The notes below the pieces were generated by a model. The model did no database searches and was not told the origin of the DNA. It saw only the letters and a list, made by a program, of their open reading frames with translations. From Escherichia coli (lineage in GTDB: Bacteria > Pseudomonadota > Gammaproteobacteria > Enterobacterales > Enterobacteriaceae), in NCBI RefSeq assembly GCF_003018255.1, contig NZ_CP027440.1: a DNA stretch of 64,000 bases; one strand, written 5' to 3'. Positions 16,917 through 26,572 of this stretch are shown here, piece after piece. The translations under genes and the position numbers were made by a program. The number at the start of each line of letters is the position of its first letter. The stretch's first letter is position 1.

Positions 16917-17477
16917 TTACAGTTCCTCCGGCGGTTCGACCGCCGTTGTCGTGTTCCCCGGCAAATCAATATGTGCCTCAAACGGCGGCGTACCGGGCGG
17001 CTCCACAAAGGTTTCGTAATGACGCAGGAAGTCGTCCAGCGAGCTGGTATCGGTCAGCGGTGCGATCATTTCCTCGCAGGAGAAATAAAGCGCATACATC
17101 ACCGCACCACTGTCCGCCTGGGTTTCGGTGTAACCGTTGACCGCCTTTTCAAAGTAAAGCGGTGAGGTTTTTTCTGTTCTGAAGCCGTTAAGCACGGCAA
17201 TCAGCCGGGCCACAATCTGATACAGTCCGGGACGGCTGGCCTCACGCCCGTTGAGCATGTCGCCGATGACGTAGAACACCCAGTGACTGACCAGGCGACC
17301 ACGGGTACGGCCTTCACCGGCACCCAGCCAGGCAACGTAGATCGCCGGGGCGTTAATCAGCATGGTGCGCAGTACGCTGTCGCTCCAGTCGCCGGGATGC
17401 GTGTCAACAGACACCAGTTCATTCCCGAAATACTCACGGATACGGGCGATGTATGCCTGTTCGGTTTCCGTAATCAT
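16917..17477 (-). CDS. Mu gp37-like head-tail joining/tail completion protein (DUF1834-like)
   Basis: 186 aa, in Mu synteny. Confidence 0.65.
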   Translation of the reverse strand: MITETEQAYIARIREYFGNELVSVDTHPGDWSDSVLRTMLINAPAIYVAWLGAGEGRTRGRLVSHWVFYVIGDMLNGREASRPGLYQIVARLIAVLNGFRTEKTSPLYFEKAVNGYTETQADSGAVMYALYFSCEEMIAPLTDTSSLDDFLRHYETFVEPPGTPPFEAHIDLPGNTTTAVEPPEEL

Positions 17478-17893
17478 ATGAAGCCCTTCTGGTTGCGCCC
17501 GAATACCGCTGCATCAGACTGAACCTGTGGTAAATCCCCGGATTCAGGGGCCGCACCGTTCGTATCCACACCGACCGGCACATTGCCGTTCATGACATCT
17601 TTCAGCCAGGCCAGCGCTTCACGGTAACGGTCACGCGCCTGATCGGAGGCTCGCTGATCGCACAGGTAATAAAAGGCAATCGCGCAACAGTGCTGAACAA
17701 GAACGGCCGGAATAACCTCCAGCGGCAACGTGTAACGGGCGGACAGATAGCTGTCGATAAGGGCTGACGCATCTGTCAGCGCCCGGTTCAGCTTGCGCGT
17801 GTCCGGCTCATCCGAACGGGGCACAGCCAGTAACGGCCTGAGCAAATCCTCGCGGTAACGCGCCCGCATATCGGTTTCAGTGGCGTAATTCAT
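17474..17893 (-). CDS. Mu gp36-like head-tail adaptor (DUF1320-like)
   Basis: 139 aa, in Mu synteny. Confidence 0.65.
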   Translation of the reverse strand: MNYATETDMRARYREDLLRPLLAVPRSDEPDTRKLNRALTDASALIDSYLSARYTLPLEVIPAVLVQHCCAIAFYYLCDQRASDQARDRYREALAWLKDVMNGNVPVGVDTNGAAPESGDLPQVQSDAAVFGRNQKGFI

Positions 17894-18243
17894 GCGCGGG
17901 CCTTTTTCGCCTGTTTCGCTTTGTTACCGGTCTTTTTCCGGGGAGTATCCTGTCCGGCTTCGGCTAAATCTGTACCGGCCACTGCATGAACCACACCCGC
18001 CACGCTCCCCGCATCATCAGCAGGCGTCTGTAGTATTCGCACAGTGAGGCATGGCTCCGCCTCCAGTCGGGCAAGCTGCTCCGGGGAGACCTCAACCTGC
18101 TGACGTCCACGCGTGAACAGGAACCCCGCACGACGAAACGCCGAACGACTGCAACGCACTTCTGCCAGCACTGTGACAGAATTGTCACCACTGACCTGAA
18201 GACCTGAATCATCTGTTGCTGCCACAGTGTGATGTTCATTCAT
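17890..18243 (-). CDS. Hypothetical head-associated protein (Mu gp35 position), Lys-rich C-terminus
   Basis: 117 aa, directly downstream of the major head gene. Confidence 0.55.
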   Translation of the reverse strand: MNEHHTVAATDDSGLQVSGDNSVTVLAEVRCSRSAFRRAGFLFTRGRQQVEVSPEQLARLEAEPCLTVRILQTPADDAGSVAGVVHAVAGTDLAEAGQDTPRKKTGNKAKQAKKARA

Positions 18244-18286
18244 ATTTGCCCTCCGCAGGGGCCGGGCCGTAAGCCCGGCTCACCGT

Positions 18287-19234
18287 TTACAGATAATCCG
18301 CGACAACCAGCTCCAGCTTGCCCTTCATCTCGTTAGAGACGGTTGCGTTTCCGTCTGCGAACAGTTCACGCTCCAGCAGCTGCACCGCCTGTTTTTCCAG
18401 CGAGGTGGGGACAACAATATGGGTGGGTTTGATGCCGAGTTTGCGGCCACCGTCAGCGGTAAATTCGCGCATGGCTGACCAGCCGTGCCACAGTGCATCC
18501 AGCGTCAGCGGTGACTGCATCATGTAGGCCATCTGCCAGAAGCCGTAGCCCACATTGCGACGGGCGGATGCACCAAACACAAATTCGTTATCGGTGAATG
18601 CGCGACCTTCATCGACTTTGGTCTGGGCAACCAGTTCAGCCTTACGGCGATCCTGATAAATCAGCGGTTTGATTGCGCGTGAACAGTCGAGCAGATACCA
18701 GGCAGGACCGCTGTAATCCGCTTGTGCACCGACAGAGCCGGTTTTTGCCACAAACATATTGCTGACCATCTGCGCATCCCCGGAGCCATCCACTTTGGGG
18801 TAAACAGGATGTTCGGTATCAAAGAAGTTCTGGCCGTCATAGCAGGCCGCATTAATCCCGTCACGAAGAGCAGCAAAGACCAGTTCATCCGGTTGTGCCG
18901 CAGCAGCGCGCCCCATCTCCTGGAACAACGGGGAATAAATACCGAGGTTATCGTCTTCGAAGTCATCGCGGTTAATGGCGACGGTGCCTTCAAAGGTTTT
19001 GTTCACGATGGCATAGCCATAGGCCTTCATCTTCTCGATGACGCGGGAGCCGATCCACTCACGGAACTGCGGGAACTGCCCCAGCCAGCCGTAGGTGTTG
19101 GATTTCGACGTGGACGGTACGGTCATCGCAATTTTTTTGTACTGCGACGGGGCCATGGACATCCCGGCCTGAAAATCAGAACGGTAGCCCGTCATCAGGG
19201 CGGTGATCATCGCCGGTGTAATCGGGGTAGGCAT
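18287..19234 (-). CDS. Major head subunit T (Mu gpT-like)
   Basis: 315 aa, MPTPITPAMITALMTGYRSDFQAG...KSNTYGWLGQFPQFREWIG. A GC hairpin (18250-18280) follows the stop. Confidence 0.85.
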   Translation of the reverse strand: MPTPITPAMITALMTGYRSDFQAGMSMAPSQYKKIAMTVPSTSKSNTYGWLGQFPQFREWIGSRVIEKMKAYGYAIVNKTFEGTVAINRDDFEDDNLGIYSPLFQEMGRAAAAQPDELVFAALRDGINAACYDGQNFFDTEHPVYPKVDGSGDAQMVSNMFVAKTGSVGAQADYSGPAWYLLDCSRAIKPLIYQDRRKAELVAQTKVDEGRAFTDNEFVFGASARRNVGYGFWQMAYMMQSPLTLDALWHGWSAMREFTADGGRKLGIKPTHIVVPTSLEKQAVQLLERELFADGNATVSNEMKGKLELVVADYL

Positions 19235-20358
19235 TATTGCATTTCCTCTTTCATTTTCAGGAACTCGGCTTCGGTTTTACCCAGCAGTTTGGCGGCCGCG
19301 ATATCTTCAGCCGACAGCACAGCGGTGGCAGTCTTTTTATCCGGCACGGTCACGGTGTCGGTCTGAAGGCCGGTCAGGGCCGCAACCGGCTGGCGGGCGT
19401 CAAGCTGTGCAGAAAGTGCCGCAACGCCAATCTGCCCGCCCAGTTGTTCCAGATAGCCGCGTTCGCTTTTGAAGATGCGCCCTTCGGATTCAGCCTTGTC
19501 CAGCACCTGCTCCAGCGTGGTGCTGCCGTGCTGCGCCGACAGCGCAACGTATTCGGTACGCAGGGCGTTATACGTTTCAACGGGCACGTATTTCGTCAGA
19601 TCAATACTGCCGCCAGCCGGTGTGCCTTTTGCGGTTTCCAGCTCTGCCGACAGACTGGCGACCTGTGTTTTCAGGTTGTCGTGTGCATCCGCACGGGTTT
19701 TGATCCCGGTGAGGGCAGACAGCGCCGCCGTGCCCAGCTCCGGCGTAAATTCGTCACCGTCAGCCACGGTCAGACCGAGCGCCGTCAGCAACTGGCGTAA
19801 TTGCTCATTCATGGAGGTATCCTTTAAAGGAGGGTTTAAGGCGTTATAAAGGTCATCCGCCGACAGTGCGGCGACAGGATTCATGCCGGTCAGACCGGGG
19901 TCACCGGTAATAGCCAGCATCCGAAGTTCGACAGGTTCGCCGGTGCTCTCGTCATAGCCAATCACCGGTGAAAACCAGGGGAATTCGTTATTACGCAGAT
20001 GTTCAAGGGCCGGAGGGTTCCACTTCGGGCGCACCTCGAAACCTCGCTCTTCACTGAAGCGAAAATTCTCCGGTGAGGCCATCACAAAACCGGCAGCCGG
20101 TGCCGGATGTCCCTCAATCAGGGTCTGGTGGTTGTAGTCAATTTTCACCGGCTGATTGAGCGCCACAACACGGGAGACCATGCGCTCAACGGCTGCATGG
20201 TTGATCAGCCAGCCCTCGGCCGGTTTTTCCGGGCGACCGTCACGGGCCTTTACCCGACCGGCTGGCATGATCTGACACCAGTCACCGTCCCCGTCTGCGG
20301 ACAGGCTGATGGCATTCAGAATGGCATAAGCAAGTTTGGGCGTGTTTTTCGTCTTCAT
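19234..20358 (-). CDS. Head maturation protease/scaffold I (Mu gpI-like)
   Basis: 374 aa with an N-terminal protease-like domain and an Ala/Leu-rich coiled C-terminal scaffold part. Its stop overlaps the T start. Confidence 0.8.
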   Translation of the reverse strand: MKTKNTPKLAYAILNAISLSADGDGDWCQIMPAGRVKARDGRPEKPAEGWLINHAAVERMVSRVVALNQPVKIDYNHQTLIEGHPAPAAGFVMASPENFRFSEERGFEVRPKWNPPALEHLRNNEFPWFSPVIGYDESTGEPVELRMLAITGDPGLTGMNPVAALSADDLYNALNPPLKDTSMNEQLRQLLTALGLTVADGDEFTPELGTAALSALTGIKTRADAHDNLKTQVASLSAELETAKGTPAGGSIDLTKYVPVETYNALRTEYVALSAQHGSTTLEQVLDKAESEGRIFKSERGYLEQLGGQIGVAALSAQLDARQPVAALTGLQTDTVTVPDKKTATAVLSAEDIAAAKLLGKTEAEFLKMKEEMQ

Positions 20359-20534
20359 TCCGGCAGCATAGGCCGGGAATTTTCAGGGCGGGTTTTGCGG
20401 GATTTCAGGAAGTGCTTCCAGGGGAAAAATACAAAGGCGCTTCACGCAGATTTTAAAGCCCGTTAAATACAGGTTAGAAAATCACGACACGCGCCTGAAG
20501 GGGGTAAGGTAATGCATTTGCATACCTTAAACAA
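20359..20534 (-). promoter_or_regulatory. G-I intergenic region (expected late promoter, Mu P_I position) with near-perfect palindrome
   Basis: This is a 176-bp non-coding gap in an otherwise tightly packed late region. It holds TAAGGTAATGCA-TT-TGCATACCTTA at 20505-20529, immediately after the G stop. Confidence 0.45.
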
Positions 20535-21008
20535 TTAAGGCGTTTCTGTGGCCTTTTTAAAGCGTTTTCTGATTTCGTCCATGATCTCCTGCTCTGCCAC
20601 CTGATCAAAGCCCATATACGGACGTGCACCAATGGCCGCCGGTCCCGGCGGCATACCTGGCAGGCCACCCCACTGATGAATGGCCGCATAAGGCTCATTT
20701 GATCCAATCAGCGCCCAGGTGTCGCCATAATCCGTGGTCAGGCGTCGGGCCAGATCGCCGTTCAGCGTCAGGATTTTGCCGGGCATGTATCCCTTACGGG
20801 TACGCCACTTGCGGTAAGGATCTGACCAGTCATGCCAGCGTTCGCCGTCCGGCTCTTTTTCCTGTTCAAACGCCATTTCTGACGATGACAGAAGGCTGGA
20901 CGCCACACTGCGGGCCAGGTCTTTTCCGCCACCCACAAACTGAAGCCGGGCAAAGACCCGCTGGAGACGCGTAACGTCAACAACGACGGCGGCATCAATG
21001 GATGACAT
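20535..21008 (-). CDS. Virion morphogenesis protein G (Mu gpG-like)
   Basis: 157 aa. GGAGG RBS. In Mu synteny between F and I. Confidence 0.75.
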   Translation of the reverse strand: MSSIDAAVVVDVTRLQRVFARLQFVGGGKDLARSVASSLLSSSEMAFEQEKEPDGERWHDWSDPYRKWRTRKGYMPGKILTLNGDLARRLTTDYGDTWALIGSNEPYAAIHQWGGLPGMPPGPAAIGARPYMGFDQVAEQEIMDEIRKRFKKATETP

Positions 21009-21046
21009 ATTGCCTCCGTATAAAATATGAATATAAAATAAGCAGG

Positions 21047-21129
21047 CGGTCAGTGTACGCTTAACTGGTAAAGTCGGTGCCTGCCTCCGGGTGGATCATG
21101 TATGCGGGTTCGACCCCCGCCACTGACCG
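21047..21129 (+). other. tRNA-like structured element (acceptor-like stem plus canonical T-arm), not a canonical tRNA
   Basis: Closing stem CGGTCAGTG (21047-21055) pairs with CACTGACCG (21121-21129). T-arm is GCGGG-TTCGACC-CCCGC (21104-21120). TA follows the 7-bp stem, and a D-like hairpin has loop AACTGGTA. No convincing anticodon stem and no encoded CCA. Confidence 0.4.
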
Positions 21130-22461
21130 TTAATCAATATCTCCTTCCAGTACCTCAAGCATTCCGCCCCGGATATCCGATTTCAGCTTATCCATATTGA
21201 TAACCCGGTAAGCATTAACAATCACATCCAGTTTATCCGGCTGACGCTTCAGGCTGTACGGTGCATTAACGGCAATCTGCACACTGCCATCCTGATTTTC
21301 CACGATATACATCAGATTGTTGTGCCGTTTGTCCCACAGTACCGCTTTTGGCCTTGCCAGCATTGCCGGTAAGCGCCCGAAATCCTCCGGTGTCAGGGCG
21401 ATACCGTCATTCTGATGTTTCATGCTGTCCGCATGGAGCACATTTTTACCGCTCATCGCCAGCAGGCGGGCCGGTGGCGTTCCCGTCCGGCTTTCCACCG
21501 CCTGCGCAATGCTTTCGGTCATAAAGCCCAGCGTGCGGATATCGTTACCGCCTCGCCGGGTTTTCATGATGTTTTTTGCCCAGATGCGGAACGCCAGCTG
21601 CCGCTCCGGGCTGTTGTTCATCTCCTGAACCACCATTTCCCGTAACGCCGGGCTTTTCACCTCGATCAACTTGCGGAGCAGCGCCTGGTCTGTGCCGAAC
21701 GCCGCCGAACCGGGGTTATATGACCAGCCCACATCCGGTGTCATGGTTCTGGTGCCATCTGAATATGTGGTCACCGGCATTTCTCTGACTTCTCCGGTCT
21801 GCTTATCCACGCCAGCCTCAACATTGCGGGTGGAAAGATGATCCTGACCGGATGAAACGGATAACCCCATTGCATCCAGACGGGTCTGAGACAATGGCCG
21901 GACACGGCAGCGGCAGTTCCAGCCATTGGGTGGGTAGTGTGTATTCCAGAACGGATCGTCATAGCGGAATACCAGACCGTTAAGGGCGGAATGCGCCGGG
22001 CGGGTGCGGCTGTCCATCACCGCCACATACTGCCAGAACGGATGCGTGTCCGTGTTGTTCATCATCTGCGTGTAACGCCCGGCATTGTAAGCCACGCGGG
22101 TGTTCACGTTGTAAATCAGCGCCAGACGGCGGGGACAGCCCAGCTGCACTTCTTCTGCGTTACCGGCGCTGTCCACCACAATCTGCTTTCCCCACCATCC
22201 CAGCTTTTGCAGGCGGGGGGTCAGTGTGCGGATAAATGCTTTCTGTGAAATCCCCTCATCAATGGCCCGTTGCACTTCCGCCTGTAGTGTGGTCAGTACG
22301 TCCAGGCGTGCCACTTTTGCCGCCGTGAACGAACGGGCATGAACATCCGCGTCTGTTTCGAACCAGTTCCAGCTGATATGCGCCCCTTTGGCGCGGAAGT
22401 ATGCCACCGCCTCTTTTGAGGGAAGCGTGGCGGCATAACCTAAATCAATCCCCTGTGCCAT
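21130..22461 (-). CDS. Head morphogenesis protein F (Mu gp30-like, SPP1 gp7 family)
   Basis: 443 aa with the motif RTRPAHSALNGLVFRYDDPFWNTHYPPNGWNCRCRV typical of this family. Confidence 0.85.
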   Translation of the reverse strand: MAQGIDLGYAATLPSKEAVAYFRAKGAHISWNWFETDADVHARSFTAAKVARLDVLTTLQAEVQRAIDEGISQKAFIRTLTPRLQKLGWWGKQIVVDSAGNAEEVQLGCPRRLALIYNVNTRVAYNAGRYTQMMNNTDTHPFWQYVAVMDSRTRPAHSALNGLVFRYDDPFWNTHYPPNGWNCRCRVRPLSQTRLDAMGLSVSSGQDHLSTRNVEAGVDKQTGEVREMPVTTYSDGTRTMTPDVGWSYNPGSAAFGTDQALLRKLIEVKSPALREMVVQEMNNSPERQLAFRIWAKNIMKTRRGGNDIRTLGFMTESIAQAVESRTGTPPARLLAMSGKNVLHADSMKHQNDGIALTPEDFGRLPAMLARPKAVLWDKRHNNLMYIVENQDGSVQIAVNAPYSLKRQPDKLDVIVNAYRVINMDKLKSDIRGGMLEVLEGDID

Positions 22462-24043
22462 CCAGCATCCCCTTCATTTCCGCAGCAAACATGGCATCAC
22501 TGAGCAGCGTCATCAGGCGGGAATCATCCATTTCACGGTAAAGGGCAGGCAGGTCTGCCAGTGCCTCCGCCAGCCCCCGCGTTCTGATGGCATCAATGAC
22601 CGGCTCCAGTACCGGGTCGATGGCCTCCTGTAACCGGCGGGCAGGCACCGCATCCCCCATGTCGTCCAGTTCATCTCGGGGGCTGCTTTTCGCTTCCGGC
22701 AGTCTGGCAGCCAGCGCTGTCTGCTCTGTCTTCTCCTGTTTTTCCGGTGGCATCTCTTTGTCTGTCTGAGCAGGTTCATTGCCACTCTGACGGACACGGA
22801 AGATGGCTTCACCGGGGGCAGGCTGTGGAATACCGGTCTGCTCCCGTACCCAGGGATCAGGAATATCCATCCCCGTACTGAGCTGCATCACCGCACTGGT
22901 GATTTTGGTGATATCCCCCGGCTCTTTTGTCTGGAAACAGATACGCGGCAGGCGACGGATATCAATGGCGTGGGCGGTGTTCAGGGCATACAGCGGATAC
23001 ACCAGATCGCGGTTCAGCGTGGCGGCCAGCTGACGTAAATCAGAATCCCTGATTTCCCGGCGCACCTCGTTATGCACTTCACCCAGCGAACGTGCGCCCT
23101 TGTCTCCGGCTTCCGTGGTCAGCGTGCCGCCGAGGATAGCTTTGGAGATGGAACGCTCCCCCCACGAAATCATGGTTTCAAACGGATCGGCCTGACCGTT
23201 CGCTGCCGCCTGAAACTCCAGCGACATCCCGGCCGGGATGATCCCGCCTGTACGTCGCCCGATATCCATCACCGCCCGCATCAGGGCGCTTTTCTGCTCC
23301 GGTGTTGCCCCGGAGGGGTATTTACCGACCTTCATCGGCAGGCCGTACACCTCCAGAAATTCAGCCAGATCGCGCACGGAATAGTTTTTGAAAATGAACG
23401 GCCAGATAAGCGTTCTGACAAGCCCCGTCGCACCACCGTAGCCGGTGCGTGAACGTGACTGATGCACTATCCAGCCAAAGGGCTGAAACGCCACCCCGGC
23501 ATGGCTGCCGTCACGCAGCCGCAGTTCGCTCAAATCATCCGGGTTAAGGCAGAAATGCCCGCTGTCACGCCAGCGGATGGCGCGGATGATGTGCATTTTA
23601 CCGAGCATCCCGTGCTCAATCTCCATGCAGGAATAGCCTTTCAGGATGGCATCGGTGGCATCAAACAGCATGGCATCAAACCAGTCGGCGGAATGCAGAT
23701 ATTCGTCGAGCATTTCCGCGTCCTTTTTCTCATTCGCGCTGGCGTTCGGGGGCGGCTCAATACTCCAGGGCACGCCCTGAATGGCAAGACGTCGCTTGCC
23801 CAGCTCTGCAAAAAGGTGGGTATCCTTTTCTTCAATGTCAGCGGCCAGATCGGACTGGGCAATCAGATCGCCACGTTCAGCCCCGCGAAGGCACTGTGCC
23901 GCCCGGTTCGGGGTGATACCCGAGGCCGGATGTTCAATATAACGGCTGGCAATCTGCGGAATATCCAGCGCGGCGCTCTGCATCTCCGGGTCAAAGGAGA
24001 AAGGTTTTCCGTCAAGATCAATTATACGTCCCACTACCAGCAC
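22445..24043 (-). CDS. Portal protein H (Mu gp29-like, DUF935)
   Basis: 532 aa, between the large terminase and F. Confidence 0.85.
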   Translation of the reverse strand: MLVVGRIIDLDGKPFSFDPEMQSAALDIPQIASRYIEHPASGITPNRAAQCLRGAERGDLIAQSDLAADIEEKDTHLFAELGKRRLAIQGVPWSIEPPPNASANEKKDAEMLDEYLHSADWFDAMLFDATDAILKGYSCMEIEHGMLGKMHIIRAIRWRDSGHFCLNPDDLSELRLRDGSHAGVAFQPFGWIVHQSRSRTGYGGATGLVRTLIWPFIFKNYSVRDLAEFLEVYGLPMKVGKYPSGATPEQKSALMRAVMDIGRRTGGIIPAGMSLEFQAAANGQADPFETMISWGERSISKAILGGTLTTEAGDKGARSLGEVHNEVRREIRDSDLRQLAATLNRDLVYPLYALNTAHAIDIRRLPRICFQTKEPGDITKITSAVMQLSTGMDIPDPWVREQTGIPQPAPGEAIFRVRQSGNEPAQTDKEMPPEKQEKTEQTALAARLPEAKSSPRDELDDMGDAVPARRLQEAIDPVLEPVIDAIRTRGLAEALADLPALYREMDDSRLMTLLSDAMFAAEMKGMLDGTGD

Positions 24044-25698
24044 CCCCGATCAAATTCATGATATGCCTCATCGTCATCACGATAACCGCCCTCCATGGCC
24101 CGCGACCGCTCCGGCAGCGCCTGACAGGCTGATTCATCCAGGATGAAGCCCTCCATGTATGACGCCCGGTTTGCCATACAGAGCGCCACGGCAAAATCGC
24201 CATGGCGGCGGGCGTTCACAGCCGTTGCGTTCTGGTCCTTCGTACGCCCCTTGTCAATTTGCGGGATACCGTTCACCACCTTCACATGGCGCAAATCATC
24301 AAGCGTGGTCTGATGGCGGGCGACGAGGATATTCTGATCCTCAAACTCGGCCTTCAGTTTTGGCATCCACTCGCCGTACCACTTCGGCGATAACATCACG
24401 CAGTCGATGATGTCCGGGCCAAAGGCCAGCAGCGCGGCTTCGGCCAGATAGCCGCCGTTACCGGTGGCGTCGAACGCCGCACCGACCAGCGCCGGAACGC
24501 GGGTCAGGATGTACATCATCACCTGCTCCTGCTGGGCATACGGCAGGTTGCGCAGCTCCACGCGAAACACCTCGCGTTTTGCCAGGGATTCAGTGATTTC
24601 CAGCAGCACAAAGCAGGAGAGGTCACCGATGCGGGCAAAGTCTTCCCCGAAGCTGAAGCGGGAACGGGGATTTAACGCCTCTAAAAGCGGTTTTAAATGT
24701 TCTTCACACCAGGTTAAAACCTCCGATTCACGCAGCCATGCGGCACGGCTGATGAAGTCGTCCGGGGCTTCAAACGTCAGAATCGGGATGTCGCGGAGCA
24801 TCGCCATTTCAATAAGCGCGTGAGGAATATAGGCACCGCCGGATTTTTTCGGGATACAGCCGTATTCCTCGTCGGCATCCTCACGGGTCGGGGCGTTTTT
24901 GTAGAGATCATCACGCCACTTCTGCTCGCTTTCCGGTGACCATTCGCGGCCGGTGACATAACAGATACGACGGTACAGCCCGTCCGCAATGGCATCATCC
25001 AGGGTAATGCGGTGGACGCTGTAATCCTTGCGCCCCTCGCGGGCTTCCTGAATGTACTGATTAAACAGATTATCGACGCCGTTATGCGTGGAGATAATAC
25101 GCACGCGCGCGCCCCACATGGTGAGCGCCATTGCCGCCTTGAGAAGCTCATCCAGTGACTCGTGGAACGCGGCTTCATCAATCACCACATCCCCCTGAAG
25201 GCCGCGCAGGTTTGACGGACGGGAAGACAGTGCCTGAATTTTGAATCCACTGTTCGGAAAGCGGATCATGTAGGTCAGAATTTCTTCTTTTTTATCCCGA
25301 TCCCAGAAGGTCTGCTCATACACATCAGCATCTGCCAGCTGGTTAAAGGCACGGGAGAACAGTGCGCAGGCAGAAATATATTCCAGCGCCATCTCCTGCT
25401 TTGACCCCACATAAAACACATTGCGGCCACCACGCCGCTTAGGCTTTGCGGCGGTAATGACGTTACGCCCGGCTTCCGCCCAGGTAAGCCCGGTGCGGCG
25501 GGATTTTTCCGCGATGCAGACCTCGCTTTCATCCTCAAACCAGCGGGCCTGATAATCCAGAAATACCGGCATATCACCGGGCAAATCAAGGCTGTCCGGC
25601 ACATCCACGCCCAGCAGGGCTTTTTCACCGGCCAGATCAATTTTGCGGGTGGAGACGGTATTCGTCAGTAAGGGGGAGAGTTCTTCGGCGTTATTCAT
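24034..25698 (-). CDS. Terminase large subunit (Mu gp28-like)
   Basis: 554 aa with a Walker-type segment VVIDEAAF. In Mu synteny. Confidence 0.85.
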   Translation of the reverse strand: MNNAEELSPLLTNTVSTRKIDLAGEKALLGVDVPDSLDLPGDMPVFLDYQARWFEDESEVCIAEKSRRTGLTWAEAGRNVITAAKPKRRGGRNVFYVGSKQEMALEYISACALFSRAFNQLADADVYEQTFWDRDKKEEILTYMIRFPNSGFKIQALSSRPSNLRGLQGDVVIDEAAFHESLDELLKAAMALTMWGARVRIISTHNGVDNLFNQYIQEAREGRKDYSVHRITLDDAIADGLYRRICYVTGREWSPESEQKWRDDLYKNAPTREDADEEYGCIPKKSGGAYIPHALIEMAMLRDIPILTFEAPDDFISRAAWLRESEVLTWCEEHLKPLLEALNPRSRFSFGEDFARIGDLSCFVLLEITESLAKREVFRVELRNLPYAQQEQVMMYILTRVPALVGAAFDATGNGGYLAEAALLAFGPDIIDCVMLSPKWYGEWMPKLKAEFEDQNILVARHQTTLDDLRHVKVVNGIPQIDKGRTKDQNATAVNARRHGDFAVALCMANRASYMEGFILDESACQALPERSRAMEGGYRDDDEAYHEFDRGCW

Positions 25699-26279
25699 CA
25701 GGCTTTACCCAACAGAATCCCCTTAATACGGGACTCAAGCTGTTCACTCATCCCGTCCACGCCGCGCAGCTCGTCGGTGACGGCGTTTGCCATCTCTTCA
25801 GCAAATGCAGCCCGGATTTCTTTTTCACGCTTAATGCTGCGCTCGGCGGCACTTTCCGCACGCTGTGCTGACAGGAGGATGTCCTTAATAAGACGCATAT
25901 CCACGTCGCTGTCACTGTTCAGGGATTCGGTCGCGGCACGCAGACGGCGGTACATCAGGGCGCGGGACATCTCCAGAATCAGCGCTGTGGTTTCACCGGT
26001 TGGCTTGTCTCCCAGTTCGGCCATCATGGCTTTTGTCTGCTCGCGTAAATCACGCAGGTTACGGGCAATCAGCTCATTACGGGAGGCTTCCCGGCTGATG
26101 GCCGCCGGTGAAAGCTGCTGCTCTTCCGGCAGGCCCGCCTCACGGATCAGACGGTTGATTTCCTCGCGTATCTGGACCTGCGTCAGACGTTTTTCACGCA
26201 GCATTTCCAGCAGTGGCTTACGGATGCTGTCGGGGAGCAAATCCACCTTGCGCACGCGTCCACGCGTCGGCTTGTCCAT
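25698..26279 (-). CDS. Terminase small subunit candidate (Mu gp27-like, DUF3486)
   Basis: 193 aa with an N-terminal HTH-like segment DLLPDSIRKPLLEMLREKRLTQVQI. Confidence 0.7.
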   Translation of the reverse strand: MDKPTRGRVRKVDLLPDSIRKPLLEMLREKRLTQVQIREEINRLIREAGLPEEQQLSPAAISREASRNELIARNLRDLREQTKAMMAELGDKPTGETTALILEMSRALMYRRLRAATESLNSDSDVDMRLIKDILLSAQRAESAAERSIKREKEIRAAFAEEMANAVTDELRGVDGMSEQLESRIKGILLGKA

Positions 26280-26281
26280 CG

Positions 26282-26572
26282 TTACCCCCTTGCGCGTGGT
26301 TTCTTCACACCCGGAACGCTGGCGCGACCTTCCGCCACATCCTGACCCCGGCCGGTCAGTTCGGCGATGAAATAACCGTTAACGAGCGTGCGCTTACGCA
26401 CCAGTCCCTGCTCGGCAAGCCAGGCAATGTGGGTGTGAACGGTGTCGCGGGACACGCGGTGGCCGTAATCATCCAGACAGTCCTGGAGCACGGATTCACC
26501 CAGTTCACCGTTGTAATCTGCCAGCGACCGCAGAATGACCAGACGCTGATCTTCAGTAATGAAATCACTCAT
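26282..26572 (-). CDS. Mu gp26-like winged-helix protein
   Basis: 96 aa, in Mu synteny. Confidence 0.55.
   Translation of the reverse strand: MSDFITEDQRLVILRSLADYNGELGESVLQDCLDDYGHRVSRDTVHTHIAWLAEQGLVRKRTLVNGYFIAELTGRGQDVAEGRASVPGVKKPRARG

Noticed and set aside
16927-16945. Second GGTTCGA-containing hairpin (CGGCGG-TTCGA-CCGCCG) as another tRNA-like element
   Set aside because: It is a simple 6-bp hairpin inside the gp37-like coding sequence with no acceptor-like closing stem. It is likely coincidental.
21049-21128. Calling the F-G spacer element a bona fide tRNA gene
   Set aside because: The acceptor-like stem, T-arm and D-like loop are good. But I tried every register and found no 5-bp anticodon stem with a 7-nt loop. 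The best is a 4-bp stem with two G-U pairs and an 8-nt loop. The D-stem needs a wobble or bulge and no CCA is encoded. It is reported only as a tRNA-like element.
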